64,000 bases of DNA from assembly GCA_002269645.1 (NCBI GenBank), contig NIVC01003641.1, positions 1-64,000 on the forward strand, in the 5' to 3' direction. A model generated the notes under the pieces. The model ran no database searches and was not told the DNA's origin. It saw only the letters and a list, made by a program, of their open reading frames with translations. Shown one piece after another: positions 1 to 13,000 of this stretch (position 1 is the first letter of the stretch; each line of letters opens with the position of its first letter). A program made the translations under genes and the position numbers. The stretch comes from Macrostomum lignano (Eukaryota).

Positions 1-216
1 CAAATCTTATTTTATATTTTCTTATTACTTTCGATGGATGTTTGCATGTTTCTTCAATTTTGACCCATGTAAATTTCTAATGAAATGGTGGTAACATTCT
101 CATGCCCAATAAAGACTGGCGAACTGCATTGAAGACTTTGTTTACAACCTTAAACTGCTTTTATCCTATATGCAGGGTGAAGATTTCGCTTCTCTGTGAT
201 GTCCCTGTCCACAATC

Positions 217-1081
217 TGGGTGATAGAACCCTGTCTGTCCCTACTGTGGGTGATAGAACCCTGTCTATCCCTACTGTGGGTGATAGAACCCTGTCTGTCC
301 CTACTGTGGGTGATAGAACCCTGCCTGTCCCTACTGTGGGTGATAGAACCCTGCCGGTCCCTCTGTGGGTGATAGAACCCTGTCTGTCCCTACTGTGGGT
401 GATAGAACCCTGCTGTCCCTACTGTGGGTGATAGAACCCTGCCTGTCCCTACTGTGGGTGATAGAACCCTGTCTGTCCCTACTGTGGGTGATAGAACCCT
501 GCCTGTCCCTACTGTGGGTGATAGAACCCTGCCTGTCCCTACTGTGGGTGATAGAACCCTGCATGTCCCTACTGTGGGTGATAGAACCCTGTCTGTCCCT
601 ACTGTGGGTGATAGAACCCTGTCTGTCCCTACTGTGGGTGATAGAACCCTGCCTGTCCCTACTGTGGGTGATAGAACCCTGCCTGTCCCTACTGTGGGTG
701 ATAGAACCCTGCCTGTCCCTACTGTGGGTGATAGAACCCTGCCTGTCCCTACTGTGGGTGATAGAACCCTGCCTGTCCCTACTGTGGGTGATAGAACCCT
801 GCCTGTCCCTACTGTGGGTGATAGAACCCTGCCTGTCCCTACTGTGGGTGATAGAACCCTGCCTGTCCCTACTGTGGGTGATAGAACCCTGTCTGTCCCT
901 ACTGTGGGTGATAGAACCCTGCCTGTCCCTACTGTGGGTGATAGAACCCTGTCTGTCCCTACTGTGGGTGATAGAACCCTGCCTGTCCCTACTGTGGGTG
1001 ATAGAACCCTGTCTGTCCCTACTGTGGGTGATAGAACCCTGCATGTCCCTACTGTGAGTGATAGAACCCTGTCTGTCCCTC
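217..1081. repeat. 30-bp minisatellite (GGGTGATAGAACCCTGCCTGTCCCTACTGT)n, about 29 copies
   Basis: 30-bp period is directly visible; it explains ORFs 102-1116. Confidence 0.97.
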
Positions 1082-1870
1082 CCTCCCTGATAGCACATGC
1101 GGTGTTGTCAAAGTGAGCCAGCTGTAATTAATAATACTTCCAGTTAGATAAGTTTCTCTAACCAGATTCCAAAAGTAGAGAATGTCCTTTCATAAGAAGT
1201 GTTCGCTCTGCATCAACACCGCTTGTCTGTCGGGCAGTGCCGCGGTACGAGCGGATTTATCTGTGACATCTTCAGTTGAAAATGTCTGTTGTGCAATTTG
1301 TTTTACTTTCCTAAAACTCTTACCAGGCCTTATGTACCGGTATACATTAGGCAGTTGAATAATTACTCAAACTTTCTATTAAGTTATTACTATTAAGTAG
1401 TAGAATAGGATTTAGCTTCTCCACATTCCGTTGTTTTGCATTAACTTCGACTGGACCTTTTACAGAGCCTACAATTACTATGATAGCCTTTTAGATTTTT
1501 TATTTGTATGCATGCTGTGTTAACGCATTTTACAACGAAAACGATATGATGCTTTTTCTAACGCAATTTTGTGTTTGATGTTCCCCTGCATATCATGCCA
1601 TGAGCAATGCGCCTGTGCTAGCGTAGACAGACATGTAATAACTAGCACTGCCACCCTTGTGTTGATGCTGCTGAACTTTATTTACTATCTAAACTTTTCT
1701 AATATTCAAGTTTGTATTGAATCTCCCTTTCTCTCCACCGTTTCCTAACTATTTTAGTCAAATACAATATTGATATTAAAATAATATTCTTCATATTCAT
1801 CGGATTTGTTCATCATCAATAATACTTTAAACACTTTAAAGCTCACTTTCAGGGAGGTTATTGACATAGA

Positions 1871-2240
1871 TTTTATTTTGCGGGATTTAATCGATCACTT
1901 TCCCAGACATATTGCAAGGATTATTGAATGTATCTAAATATGCGAGCTTCTCTCTTCTCTTCCTTCGTGACTCGAGAAATTTCTTAATGAAAATTTGTCT
2001 ATGGTAAGAATGTGGGGGCTTCGCCCCCACACCCCCAGCAGGGGCTTCGCCCCCACCCCCATCCCCAACTTCAACCATAGACATACAAGTATGGCTCCGG
2101 GATTTATCTGAATACATCCCGCAAAATTAAAGTAGTTTAAATAAGATATTCTATGGGTTTTTCGGTCGGTATTTCACTTAAATCCCGAGAGCCGTATGTC
2201 GATAATCACATACCGACCTCAAACCCATAGAATATCTTAT
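1871..2240. repeat. Nested inverted-repeat element (MITE-like)
   Basis: Inverted repeat 2141-2172 / 2210-2240 (ATAAGATATTCTATGGGTTT...), inverted repeat ATTTTGCGGGAT at about 1875 / ATCCCGCAAAAT at about 2116, and two GGGGCTTCGCCCC hairpins at about 2014 and 2041. Confidence 0.5.
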
Positions 2241-2267
2241 ACATAAATCACTGAACGAGAGTGCGTA

Positions 2268-3615
2268 GCCTTTCGGTTGGGTAGCCTTCCGGTTGGGTAG
2301 CCTTCCGGTTGGGTGGCCTTCCGGTTGGGTGGCCTTCCGGTTGGGTAGCCTTCCGGTTGGGTAGCCTTCCGGTTGGGTAGTCTTCCGGTTGGGTAGCCTT
2401 CCGGTTGGGTGGCCCCGGTTGGGTGCCTTCCGGTTGGGTGGCCTTCCGGTTGGGTAGCCTTCCGGTTGGGTAGTCTTCCGGTTGGGTAGTCTTCCGGTTG
2501 GGTAGTCTTCCGGTTGGGTAGCCTTCCGGTTGGGTAGCCTTCCGGTTGGGTAGCCTTCCGGCTGGGTAGCCTTCCGGTTGGGTAGCCTTCCGGTTGGGTA
2601 GCCTTCCGGTTGGGTAGCCTTCGGTTGGGTAGCCTTCCGGTTGGGTAGTCTTCGGTTGGGTAGCCTTCCGGTTGGGTAGCCTTCTGGTTGGTTAGTCTTC
2701 TGGTTGGTAGTTTTCAGTTGGTATTCTAGCTATCTGTTGGTAGCCTTCTGGTTGGGTAGCCTTCCGGTTGGGTAGCCTTCCGGTTGGGTAGCCTTCTGGT
2801 TGGTTAGTCTTCCGGTTGTAGTTTTCAGTTGGTAGCTATCTGTTGGTAGCCTTCTGGTTGGGTAGCCTTCCGGTTGGGTAGCCTTCCGGTTGGGTAGCCT
2901 TCCGGTTGGGTAGCCTTCCGGTTCGGTAGCCTTCCGGTTGGGTAGCCTTCCGGTTGGGTAGCCTTCCGGTTGGGTAGCCTTCCGGTTGGGTAGCCTTCCG
3001 GTTGGGTAGCCTTCCGGTTGGGTAGCCTTCGGTTGGGTAGCCTTCCGGTTGGGTAGCCTTCCGGTTGGGTAGCCTTCCGCTTGGGTAGCCTTCCGGTTGG
3101 GTAGCCTTCCGGTTGGGTAGCCTTCCGGTTGGGTAGCCTTCCGGTTGGGTAGCCTTCCGGCTGGGTAGCCTTCCGGTTGGGTAGCTTTCCGGTTGGGTAG
3201 CCTTCCGTTGGGTAGCCTTCCGGTTGGGTACTCTTCCGGTTGGGTAGCCTTCCGGTTGGTAGCCTTCGGTTGGGTAGCCTTCCGGTTGGTAGCCTTCGGC
3301 TGGGTAGCCTTCCGGCTGGGTAGCCTTCCGGTTGGGTAGCTTTCCGGTTGGTAGCCTTCCGGTTGGGTAGCCTTCAGGTTGGGTAGCCTTCCGGTTGGGT
3401 AGCCTTCCGGCTGGGTAGCCTTCCGGTTGGGTAGCCTTCCGGTTGGGTAGCCTTCCGGTTGGGTAGCCTTCCGGTTGGGTAGCCTTCAGGTTGGGTAGCC
3501 TTCCGGTTGGGTAGCCTTACGGTTGGTAGTTTTCAGTTGGTAGCTATCCGTTGCTAGCCTTCAGTTGGTGGCTATCCGTTGGTAGCCTTCAGTTGTTAGC
3601 CTTCAGTTGGTATCC
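2268..3615. repeat. 16-bp minisatellite (GGGTAGCCTTCCGGTT)n
   Basis: 16-bp period with 15-bp variants; degenerates toward 3615. Confidence 0.97.
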
Positions 3616-3616
3616 T

Positions 3617-3846
3617 TCATAATAATAATAATAATTGATTACACCTGACCCAATTGGGCCAGATGTGCAACCGACAGCTCAGCCGCAGCTATTGCGTGGC
3701 GCATTTGAAGGCTGCGTACGGCTGTTCAGTCCAAGGACTGGGGGGTCGCCACACACACCCTCAATTACCCCAGCTAATGCTGGCCCCATTTTACAGCTGG
3801 GTGAACTGAAGCAATGCAGAGTTAAGTGTCTTGCTCAAGGACACAA
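3617..3846 (-). mobile_element. 5'-truncated CORE-SINE
   Basis: The minus strand reads GTGTCCTTGAGCAAGACACTTAACTC...TTCAGTTCACCCAGCTGTAAAATGGGG, resembling the MIR/CORE domain, and ends in a (TTA)n tail. Confidence 0.7.
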
Positions 3847-4082
3847 ATTGTTCCAGTAGTATGGGAGACCTGGACGAGTGTTACGTCCTGATAAAACGGT
3901 AACTTCTAGTGGCCCTTGATTTGCCCTATGCTCAAAAGCCGATTGCCCGACTGCCAATCAACGCTAAGATTGCGAGTTGATAATATAACAAAACTGCATA
4001 GCATATAGATCTTAGTGCTATCTGCAGACTGCCTGAGCACTGCTCTCACTTCTGTTTCTGTTCTGCACTCTTGCGGGTCGAA

Positions 4083-7000
4083 ATGCGACAGAATTTGGTG
4101 CTGCTCTTGCAGCTGCTGCTTCGCCTCACCACAGCCAGCTACTCCAAAGAAAGCTTTACGACAACGGTTGCCGAAACAACTGACGAGATCACTACTCAGC
4201 ACGCTACCACTGACGCAGCTGCCGAGCAAGGAAGCTGGAGTGCCGCGGGCTGGCGACCGACGGACGCTGCGACAACTCAGCCGTCACCAACGTCAGCTAC
4301 TCAAACGCCATCGGAGGTGATTTCGAGTAGCCGTCGACTGCGCTCTGAGAACAGGGCGCCGTTGCGGATTCACGCTAACTACACGATTGAGGAGATTGCT
4401 CACCGGCTGCTTGATGACTATGAGAATCATCACAGGTGACTGCAGCTGGTTGCGCATGGGTCTAAAGCGAATAGACAATAGAGATCGCTAAATCCGTTTG
4501 AACAGATGCATTGAAGTAGATTCATTTTGAAACGGCTAATTGTCTTTTGTTGGGCTGCATTGTCCTGTTAAGCATCCATCAGCGGGTTATTTTGACGAAA
4601 AGCTTAGCTCCAAATTAAGGAGGCAATTAGCTTAAGAGAACAATGAAGGCCTCGCAGTAATGACGCTACCAACCGGAAGGTTACCAACCGGAAGGTTACC
4701 AACCGAAAGGTTACCAATCCGAAGGTTACCAACCCAAAGGTTACCAACCGGAAGGTTACCAATCCGAAGGTTACCAACCCAAAGGTTACCAACCGGAAGG
4801 TTACCAACCGGAAGGTTACCAACCCAAAGGTTACCAACCGGAAGGTTACCAACCGAAAGGTTACCAACCGAAAGGTTACCAACCGGAAGGTTACCAATCC
4901 GAAGGTTACCAACCGGAAGGTACCAACCGGAAGGGTACCAACCGAAAGGTTACCAACCGAAAGGTTACCAATCCGAAGGTTACCAACCCAAAGGTTACCA
5001 ACCCGAAGGTTACCAACCCAAAGGTTACCAATCGAAAGGTTACCAACCCGAAGGTTACCAACTCAAAGGTTACCAATCGAAAGGTTACCAACCCGAAGGT
5101 TACCAACCGGAAGGTTACTAAACCGAAAGGCTACCAACCCGAAGGTTACCAACCGGAAGGTTACTATCCGAAAGGCTACCAACCCGAAGGTTACCAACCG
5201 GAAGGTTACTATCCGAAAGGCTACCAACCCGAAGGCTACTAGGCTGCGCCAAACCCTGTCATACCCGCAGGCCGGGCTACTCAGGCGCGGCCACAATAGT
5301 CGAGATCAACATGTTCGTGCAGAGCTTCGGCAGCATCAACGTCATCGACATGGACTACAGCATTGACATTCTGCTGCGCCAGAAGTGGCGCGACCCCAGA
5401 CTGCAGTTTGTTGGCTACAATCACAGCCTGAGCCTCAGCTACCTCAAGGAGAAGATCTGGATACCGGATTTATTCTTTCGCAACGCCAAGCACGGCTTTT
5501 TGCACGTAATCACGACCCCAAATTACCTGATTTGGCTGCAGCCCGACGGCTTAATTACGTTCTCTCAGAAGCTCACAATCAGACTGGCCTGCCCGATGCA
5601 GGTGAGATTGCAAACGGTCTGATTTGACCTGAATTGAGAATGGCTGCCTTTGGGTCGCCTGGTGTAGCATAAAACTTTATGATTCCGCAAAGTATGTTAA
5701 AATCTTTTCCTTGTTGACAGCTATGTTCAAATCTTGGCATGACTTACTTTCGACTTCATTGTTTGCCCTCTAAATTACTCTCAGTTCATTGTCCACCCTT
5801 TTTCACTTTGCACTGCAATATTGTCTTGTTTATATTTTGTCTCCCTTCTCAGCTTACTCCAGTATCTCCCTATCCCATTACAGCTTACTCCAGTATCTCC
5901 CTATCCCATTACAGTTTACTCCAGTATCTCCCTATTCCATTACAATTTACTCCAGTATCTCCTTATCCCATTACAGTTTACTCCAGTATCTCCCTATTCC
6001 ATTACAGTTTACTCCAGTATCTCCCTATCCCATTACAGTTTACTCCAGTATCTCCCTATCCCATTACAGTTTACTCCAGTATCTCCCTATCCCATTACAG
6101 TTTACTCCAGTATCTCCCTATCCCATTACAGTTTACTCCAGTATCTCCCTATCCCATTACAGTTTACTCCAGTATCTCCCATCCTATTACAGTTTACTCC
6201 AGTATCTCCCATCCTATTACATTTTACTCCAGTATCTCCCATCCTATTACAGTTTACTCCAGTATCTCCCATCCTATTACATTTTACTCCAGTATCTCCC
6301 ATCCTATTACAGTTTACTCCAGTATCTCCCATCCTATTACATTTTACTCCAGTATCTCCCATCCTATTACAGTTTACTCCAGTATCTCCCATCCTATTAC
6401 AGTTTACTCCAATATCTTTCCATCCTATTACAGTTTACTCCAGTATCTCCCTATCCCATTACAGTTTACTCCAGTATCTCCCTATCCCATTACAGTTTAC
6501 TCCAGTATCTCCCATCCCATTACAGTTTACTCCAGTATCTCCCATCCTATTACAGTTTACTCCAATATCTTTCCATCCTATTACAGTTTACTCCAGTATC
6601 TTTCCATCCCATTACAGTTTACTCCAGTATCTTTCCATCCCATTACAGTTTACTCCAGTATCTCCCATCCCATTACAGTTTACTCCAGTATCTCCCATCC
6701 TATTACAGTTTACTCCAGTATCTTTCCATCCCATTACAGTTTACTCCAGTATCTTTCCATCCCATTACAGTTTACTCCAGTATCTCCCATCCTATTACAG
6801 TTTACTCCAGTATCTCCCATCCCATTACAGTTTACTCCAGTATCTCCCATCCCATTACAGTTTACTCCAGTATCTTTCCATCCCATTACAGTTTACTCCA
6901 GTATCTTTCCATCCCATTACAGTTTACTCCAGTATCTCCCATCCCATTACAGTTTACTCCAGTATCTCCCATCCCATTACAGTTTACTCCAGTATCTCCC

Positions 7001-10000
7001 ATCCTATTACAGTTTACTCCAGTATCTCCCATCCCATTACAGTTTACTCCAGTATCTCCCATCCTATTACAGTTTACTCCAGTATCTTTCCATCCCATTA
7101 CAGTTTACTCCAGTATCTTTCCATCCCATTACAGTTTACTCCAGTATCTCCCATCCTATTACAGTTTACTCCAGTATCTCCCATCCCATTACAGTTTACT
7201 CCAGTATCTCCCATCCCATTACAGTTTACTCCAGTATCTTTCCATCCCATTACAGTTTACTCCAGTATCTTTCCATCCCATTACAGTTTACTCCAGTATC
7301 TCCCATCCCATTACAGTTTACTCCAGTATCTCCCATCCCATTACAGTTTACTCCAGTATCTCCCATCCTATTACAGTTTACTCCAGTATCTTTCCATCCC
7401 ATTACAGTTTACTCCAGTATCTCCCATCCTATTACAGTTTACTCCAGTATCTCCCATCCCATTACAGTTTACTCCAATATCTCCCATCCCATTACAGTTT
7501 GCTCCACTTTACTCAATTCCCCGTAATCCATCTAGCAGCTCAAGCCTCAATAACTAATACCAATAAAATCCTATCTTTAACAGTAAACACACTCTCAGAC
7601 TCCAATCTATGGAAAATTCATCAGTATCTCTTTTGTGAAAAAGTTTTTATTCTCATGAGACCTTCGTGAATAGAATACTTATATAAATGCGGAGACCAAA
7701 CCGCAGATTGACCGCGATCGTTGCAGAAAAAGAAACTTATTCTGAGTCTCCGTTTGCCTTGCGCCCCCCCCCCCTCAACCAGCTGTGGAACTTCCCAATG
7801 GACACGCAGCTCTGCCCGCTGGAGATTGGCAGCTATGGGTTCTCAGTCAGAGATCTGCAATTCATCTGGATGCGTCAGGGTCCCTCGGTGAAGCTGAACC
7901 GTCAGATGATGCTAAACGAATTCGAACTGCCCTCAGTTCGAGTTGGCAGCTGTCTCAAAGCCTACAACGCCACCGGCGCCTTCACCTGCCTGTTTGTGGA
8001 ATTCTGCCTGGTACGGAAGTTTGGCTTCTATCTGATCTACACCTACCTGCCGTCTATACTGATTGTCGCCATCTCCTGGATCTCCTTCTGGATTGACTAC
8101 AGAGCCGTGCCAGCTCGCATCACCCTGGGCCTGCTGTCCGTTCTGGCGCTCATGACTCAGTCCGCTGCTGCCATGCAGGTTCGAGCCCGGGACCTTGGAA
8201 GATAAGGCTTGAGTGAGGATGAAGGGAGATGCAGATGGATGATGAAGGGAGATGTAGATGGATGATGAAGAGAGATGCAGATGGATGATGAAGAGAGATG
8301 CAGATGGATGATGAAGGGAGATGCAGATGGATGATGAAGGGAGATGCAGATGGATGATGAAGGGAGATGCAGATGGATGATGAAGGGAGATGTAGATGGA
8401 TGATGAAGAGAGATGCAGATGGATGATGAAGAGAGATGCAGATGGATGATGAAGGGAGATGCAGATGGATGATGAAGGGAGATGCAGATGGATGATGAAG
8501 GGAGATGCAGATGGATGATGAAGGGAGATGCAGATGGATGATGAAGAGAGATGCAGATGGATGATGAAGAGAGATGCAGATGGATGATGAAGGGAGATGC
8601 AGATGGATGATGAAGAGAGATGCAGATGGATGATGAAGAGAGATGCAGATGGATGATGAAGAGAGATGCAGATGGATGATGAAGGGAGATGCAGATGGAT
8701 GATGAAGAGAGATGCAGATGGATCTATAGTGTCCCTGGGTTATGCGTCTGCGCTAGCATGCTGTTTGTTGCTTGTTTTTTGTTGACACTGTCAGTGCACC
8801 ACCAGCTGGCGAGTCCTGTGCCATGCGACACGATTAATTAGATTCAACTTGTGAGTCCATCTATAGTGTCGATCATGTTGACACTTGCCCTTTTACCTCG
8901 ACATTTATTCTCGGGTAGATCTGAGTGTCGGAGCGGTAGCACGTTTGACTCTTCTGTTAAAGTCCATAGGTTTGATTCTGCGCCTGACCAAATCAATTTG
9001 CGCAATTCTCGCACACAAGGGCAAAACTCCAAGGCACAACGCGTGTACAATGCCCGATATTGAGGGCAAAAAACTCCAAGGCACAAAGTGTGAACAATGC
9101 CCGATATCGAGGGCAAAACTCCAAGGCACAAAGTGTGTACATTTCCCGATATCGAGGGAAAAACTCCAAGGCACAAAGTGTGTACAATGCCCGATATCGA
9201 GGGCAAAACTCCAAGGCACAAAGTGTGTACAATGCCCGATATCGAGGGCAAAACTTCAAGGCACAAAGTGTACCTCTTTGACTGCGGATGTACTGTCGGC
9301 TCAAGTCGAATCTTGTATCCATCGTCTTACATATTTTCTCTTGTTTTAAATCGGAAAGATGGCAAGAATTAAACTCGTTTATTAATTGCCAGAATGTACG
9401 TGTATGGATAGCAATACGAGCGTAAGTTTATAAGTAAGCTAGCTAGTAGAAATGAGTTGGAGCAGACGAGCTCCGATTATTTATGTTATACAAAGTTGCC
9501 AACTATGTAACGTACTGTATGGCTCAGCTGATTAAGCGATCCGACAGTTGAATTCTCTGTTTTATCTTTTTGCAATTTGCAATTTTTGCAATTCTTAGCG
9601 ACCGGAACTTCAACGAAATCAAATGTACTTTTAGTTGGTTCATGATACGGGTCGGCTCAATACGCTCGTAGTGTGTCGAATGCTTATGCTAATGTTGATG
9701 CCTGAAGCGCATCAACGTGGTCCGTGCGACTCGGCGCGGATGCTATGGCCTACCAGCTGGAGTCGCCCCTCGTGCGCCTCTGTCAGAGGTTGAGTCTCGG
9801 CATTGTACAGCCGAACGGCAAGTCCGCAGCGACGCCGCAGCTCCTTGTGGACGCAGTCAGGTGACACGTCGAGCCAGTCTGGTCTGTGGGAAGCACATGT
9901 ATACATGTATTACTCGTATATCAAGCACACACTAGCTTCAATTGACGCTTGGAAGTAACGAAAGAGGCAAAAATGGTAGTTATATCCTATCTTGCTAATG

Positions 10001-13000
10001 CATTCTGTAGCAAAAACCGATCGTCAACTAGTTTTTTTTTCCAGCCCGGAAGTCCTTGGTTGAAATGTATCTGCATCCTCTTAGCTGTTCTGTCATGCTG
10101 CTGCCATTTTACTTCCCGCAGCGAACTATGAGCAGGAAAGACACAACTCGACTGGATCATTGGGGTCATGCGATCGATTCTCAATCGTATATAGGATATT
10201 TCATCAAACTAATTGATAAGCATAGAGATGTCATATATTTGAATACTCAGGCCCAACTCATCACTGCTTTGTTATTCTAGATGCCTTTGCGTTGAACTTT
10301 CATTTGTATTGAGATTGCGAACTACTCAGATGTAGGCACTTGAATCGCCTGTGGGGTGAACGGTGTCCTGGCTGTCTAGAAAATGATCCGCATTGTTGAG
10401 ATGCTGAGCTGCCTAGAGTGATTTAAAAGACGACCGCAGCTCTGTGCTTGAAGCAGCCTCAGCACTGAGTGACGGGTCTCACCAGCACTGGGAGTTGTGT
10501 GTTCTCCTCTGACAGTGTGGAACTGGTCTCACCAGCACTGGGAGTTGTGTGTTCTCCTCTTACAGTGTGGAACTGGTCTCACCAGCACTGGGAGTTGTGT
10601 GTTCTCCTCTGACAGTGTGGAACTGGTCTCACCAGCACTGGGAGTTGTGTGTTCTCCTCTGACAGTGTGGAACTGGTCTCACCAGCACTGGGAGTTGTGT
10701 GTTCTCCTCTGACAGTGTGGAACTGGTCTCACCAGCACTGGGAGTTGTGTGTTCTCCTCTGACAGTGTGGAACTGGTCTCACCAGCACTGGGAGTTGTAT
10801 GTTCTCCTCTTACAGTGTGGAACTGGTCTCACCAGCACTGGGAGTTGTGTGTTCTCCTCTGACAGTGTGGAACTGGTCTCACCAGCACTGGGAGTCGTGT
10901 GTTCTCCTCTGACAGTGTGGAACTGGTCTCACCAGCACTGGGAGTTGTGTGTTCTCCTCTGACAGTGTGGAACTGGTCTCACCAGCACTGGGAGTTGTGT
11001 GTTCTCCTCTGACAGTGTGGAACTGGTCTCACCAGCACTGGGAGTTGTGTGTTCTCCTCTGACAGTGTGGAACTGGTCTCACCAGCACTGGGAGTTGTGT
11101 GTTCTCCTCTGACAGTGTGGAACTGGTCTCACCAGCACTGGGAGTTGTGTGTTCTCCTCTGACAGTGTGGAACTGGTCTCACCAGCACTGGGAGTTGTGT
11201 GTTCTCCTCTGACAGTGTGGAACTGGTCTCACCAGCACTGGGAGTTGTGTGTTCTCCTCTGACAGTGTGGAACTGGTCTCACCAGCACTGGGAGTTGTAT
11301 GTTCTCCTCTTACAGTGTGGAACTGGTCTCACCAGCACTGGGAGTTGTGTGTTCTCCTCTGACAGTGTGGAACTGGTCTCACCAGCACTGGGAGTTGTGT
11401 GTTCTCCTCTGACAGTGTGGAACTGGTCTCACCAGCACTGGGAGTTGTGTGTTCTCCTCTGACAGTGTGGAACTGGTCTCACCAGCACTGGGAGTTGTGT
11501 GTTCTCCTCTGACAGTGTGGAACTGGTCTCACCAGCACTGGGAGTTGTGTGTTCTCCTCTGACAGTGTGGAACTGGTCTCACCAGCACTGGGAGTTGTGT
11601 GTTCTCCTCTGACAGTGTGGAACTGGTCTCACCAGCACTGGGAGTTGTGTGTTCTCCTCTGACAGTGTGGAACTGGTCTCACCAGCACTGGGAGTTGTGT
11701 GTTCTCCTCTGACAGTGTGGAACTGGTCTCACCAGCACTGGGAGTTGTGTGTTCTCCTCTGACAGTGTGGAACTGGTCTCACCAGCACTGGGAGTTGTGT
11801 GTTCTCCTCTGACAGTGTGTAACTGGTCTCACCAGCACTGGGAGTTGTGTGTTCTCCTCTGACAGTGTGGAACTGGTCTCACCAGCACTGGGAGTTGTGT
11901 GTTCTCCTCTGACAGTGTGGAACTGGTCTCACCAGCACTGGGAGTTGTGTGTTCTCCTCTGACAGTGTGGAACTGGTCTCACCAGCACTGGGAGTTGTGT
12001 GTTCTCCTCTTACAGTGTGGAACTGGTCTCACCAGCACTGGGAGTTGTGTGTTCTCCTCTGACAGTGTGGAACTGGTCTCACCAGCACTGGGAGTTGTGT
12101 GTTCTCCTCTGACAGTGTGGAACTGGTCTCACCAGCACTGGGAGTTGTGTGTTCTCCTCTGACAGTGTGGAACTGGTCTCACCAGCACTGGGAGTTGTGT
12201 GTTCTCCTCTGACAGTGTGGAACTGGTCTCACCAGCACTGGGAGTTGTGTGTTCTCCTCTGACAGTGTGGAACTGGTCTCACCAGCACTGGGAGTTGTGT
12301 GTTCTCCTCTGACAGTGTGGAACTGGTCTCACCAGCACTGGGAGTTGTGTGTTCTCCTCTGACAGTGTGGAACTGGTCTCACCAGCACTGGGAGTTGTGT
12401 GTTCTCCTCTGACAGTGTGGAACTGGTCTCACCAGCACTGGGAGTTGTGTGTTCTCCTCTGACAGTGTGGAACTGGTCTCACCAGCACTGGGAGTTGTGT
12501 GTTCTCCTCTTACAGTGTGGAACTGGTCTCACCAGCACTGGGAGTTGTGTGTTCTCCTCTGACAGTGTGGAACTGGTCTCACCAGCACTGGGAGTTGTGT
12601 GTTCTCCTCTGACAGAGTGGAACTGGTCTCACCAGCACTGGGAGTGTGAAGAAAGGAGACAAAAGACTACTTCTATGCAAAATGTACTTGCCTTGTAACC
12701 CCCTTTGAATCATAAAAATTCTTGACTTCAGCTCTACCTTAATCTGCTCATTAAATCAGTCTGCATTAATGCATGCCTGGGGCAAAACTCGGTAACTAAA
12801 TTAGAGCGGGGATCCGCAATTATGCACGCCCTTCTAGTGCTAAACGGGGCTGTTGCTGGTTACATTGTTTCAATCACAGGCTTAGGTTACTGCAGCTCTC
12901 TGCAATACCTCTCTGGAATAGCTTCTGGAATTATGATTTTGCGCTTTCATAACACGCCTTCACCATGTCTTCTCTGCTACTAACAGAAGCTGCCCAGAGT

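Noticed and set aside
102-1116. Long ORFs in several frames
   Set aside because: They are translations of the 30-bp minisatellite with no coding signature outside the repeat.
5739-7669. 578-626 aa ORFs as real genes
   Set aside because: They lie in GluCl intron 2 and are pure repeat translations.
9742-9860. Exon-like GC-rich segment (MAYQLESPLVRLCQRL...) with a donor, inside GluCl intron 3
   Set aside because: No recognisable homology or partner exons, so it cannot be supported.
10474-12645. Recursive-splicing ratchet points in the acceptor-like arrays
   Set aside because: The AG is followed by TGT or TTT/TAT rather than GT, so the AG|GT signature is absent.
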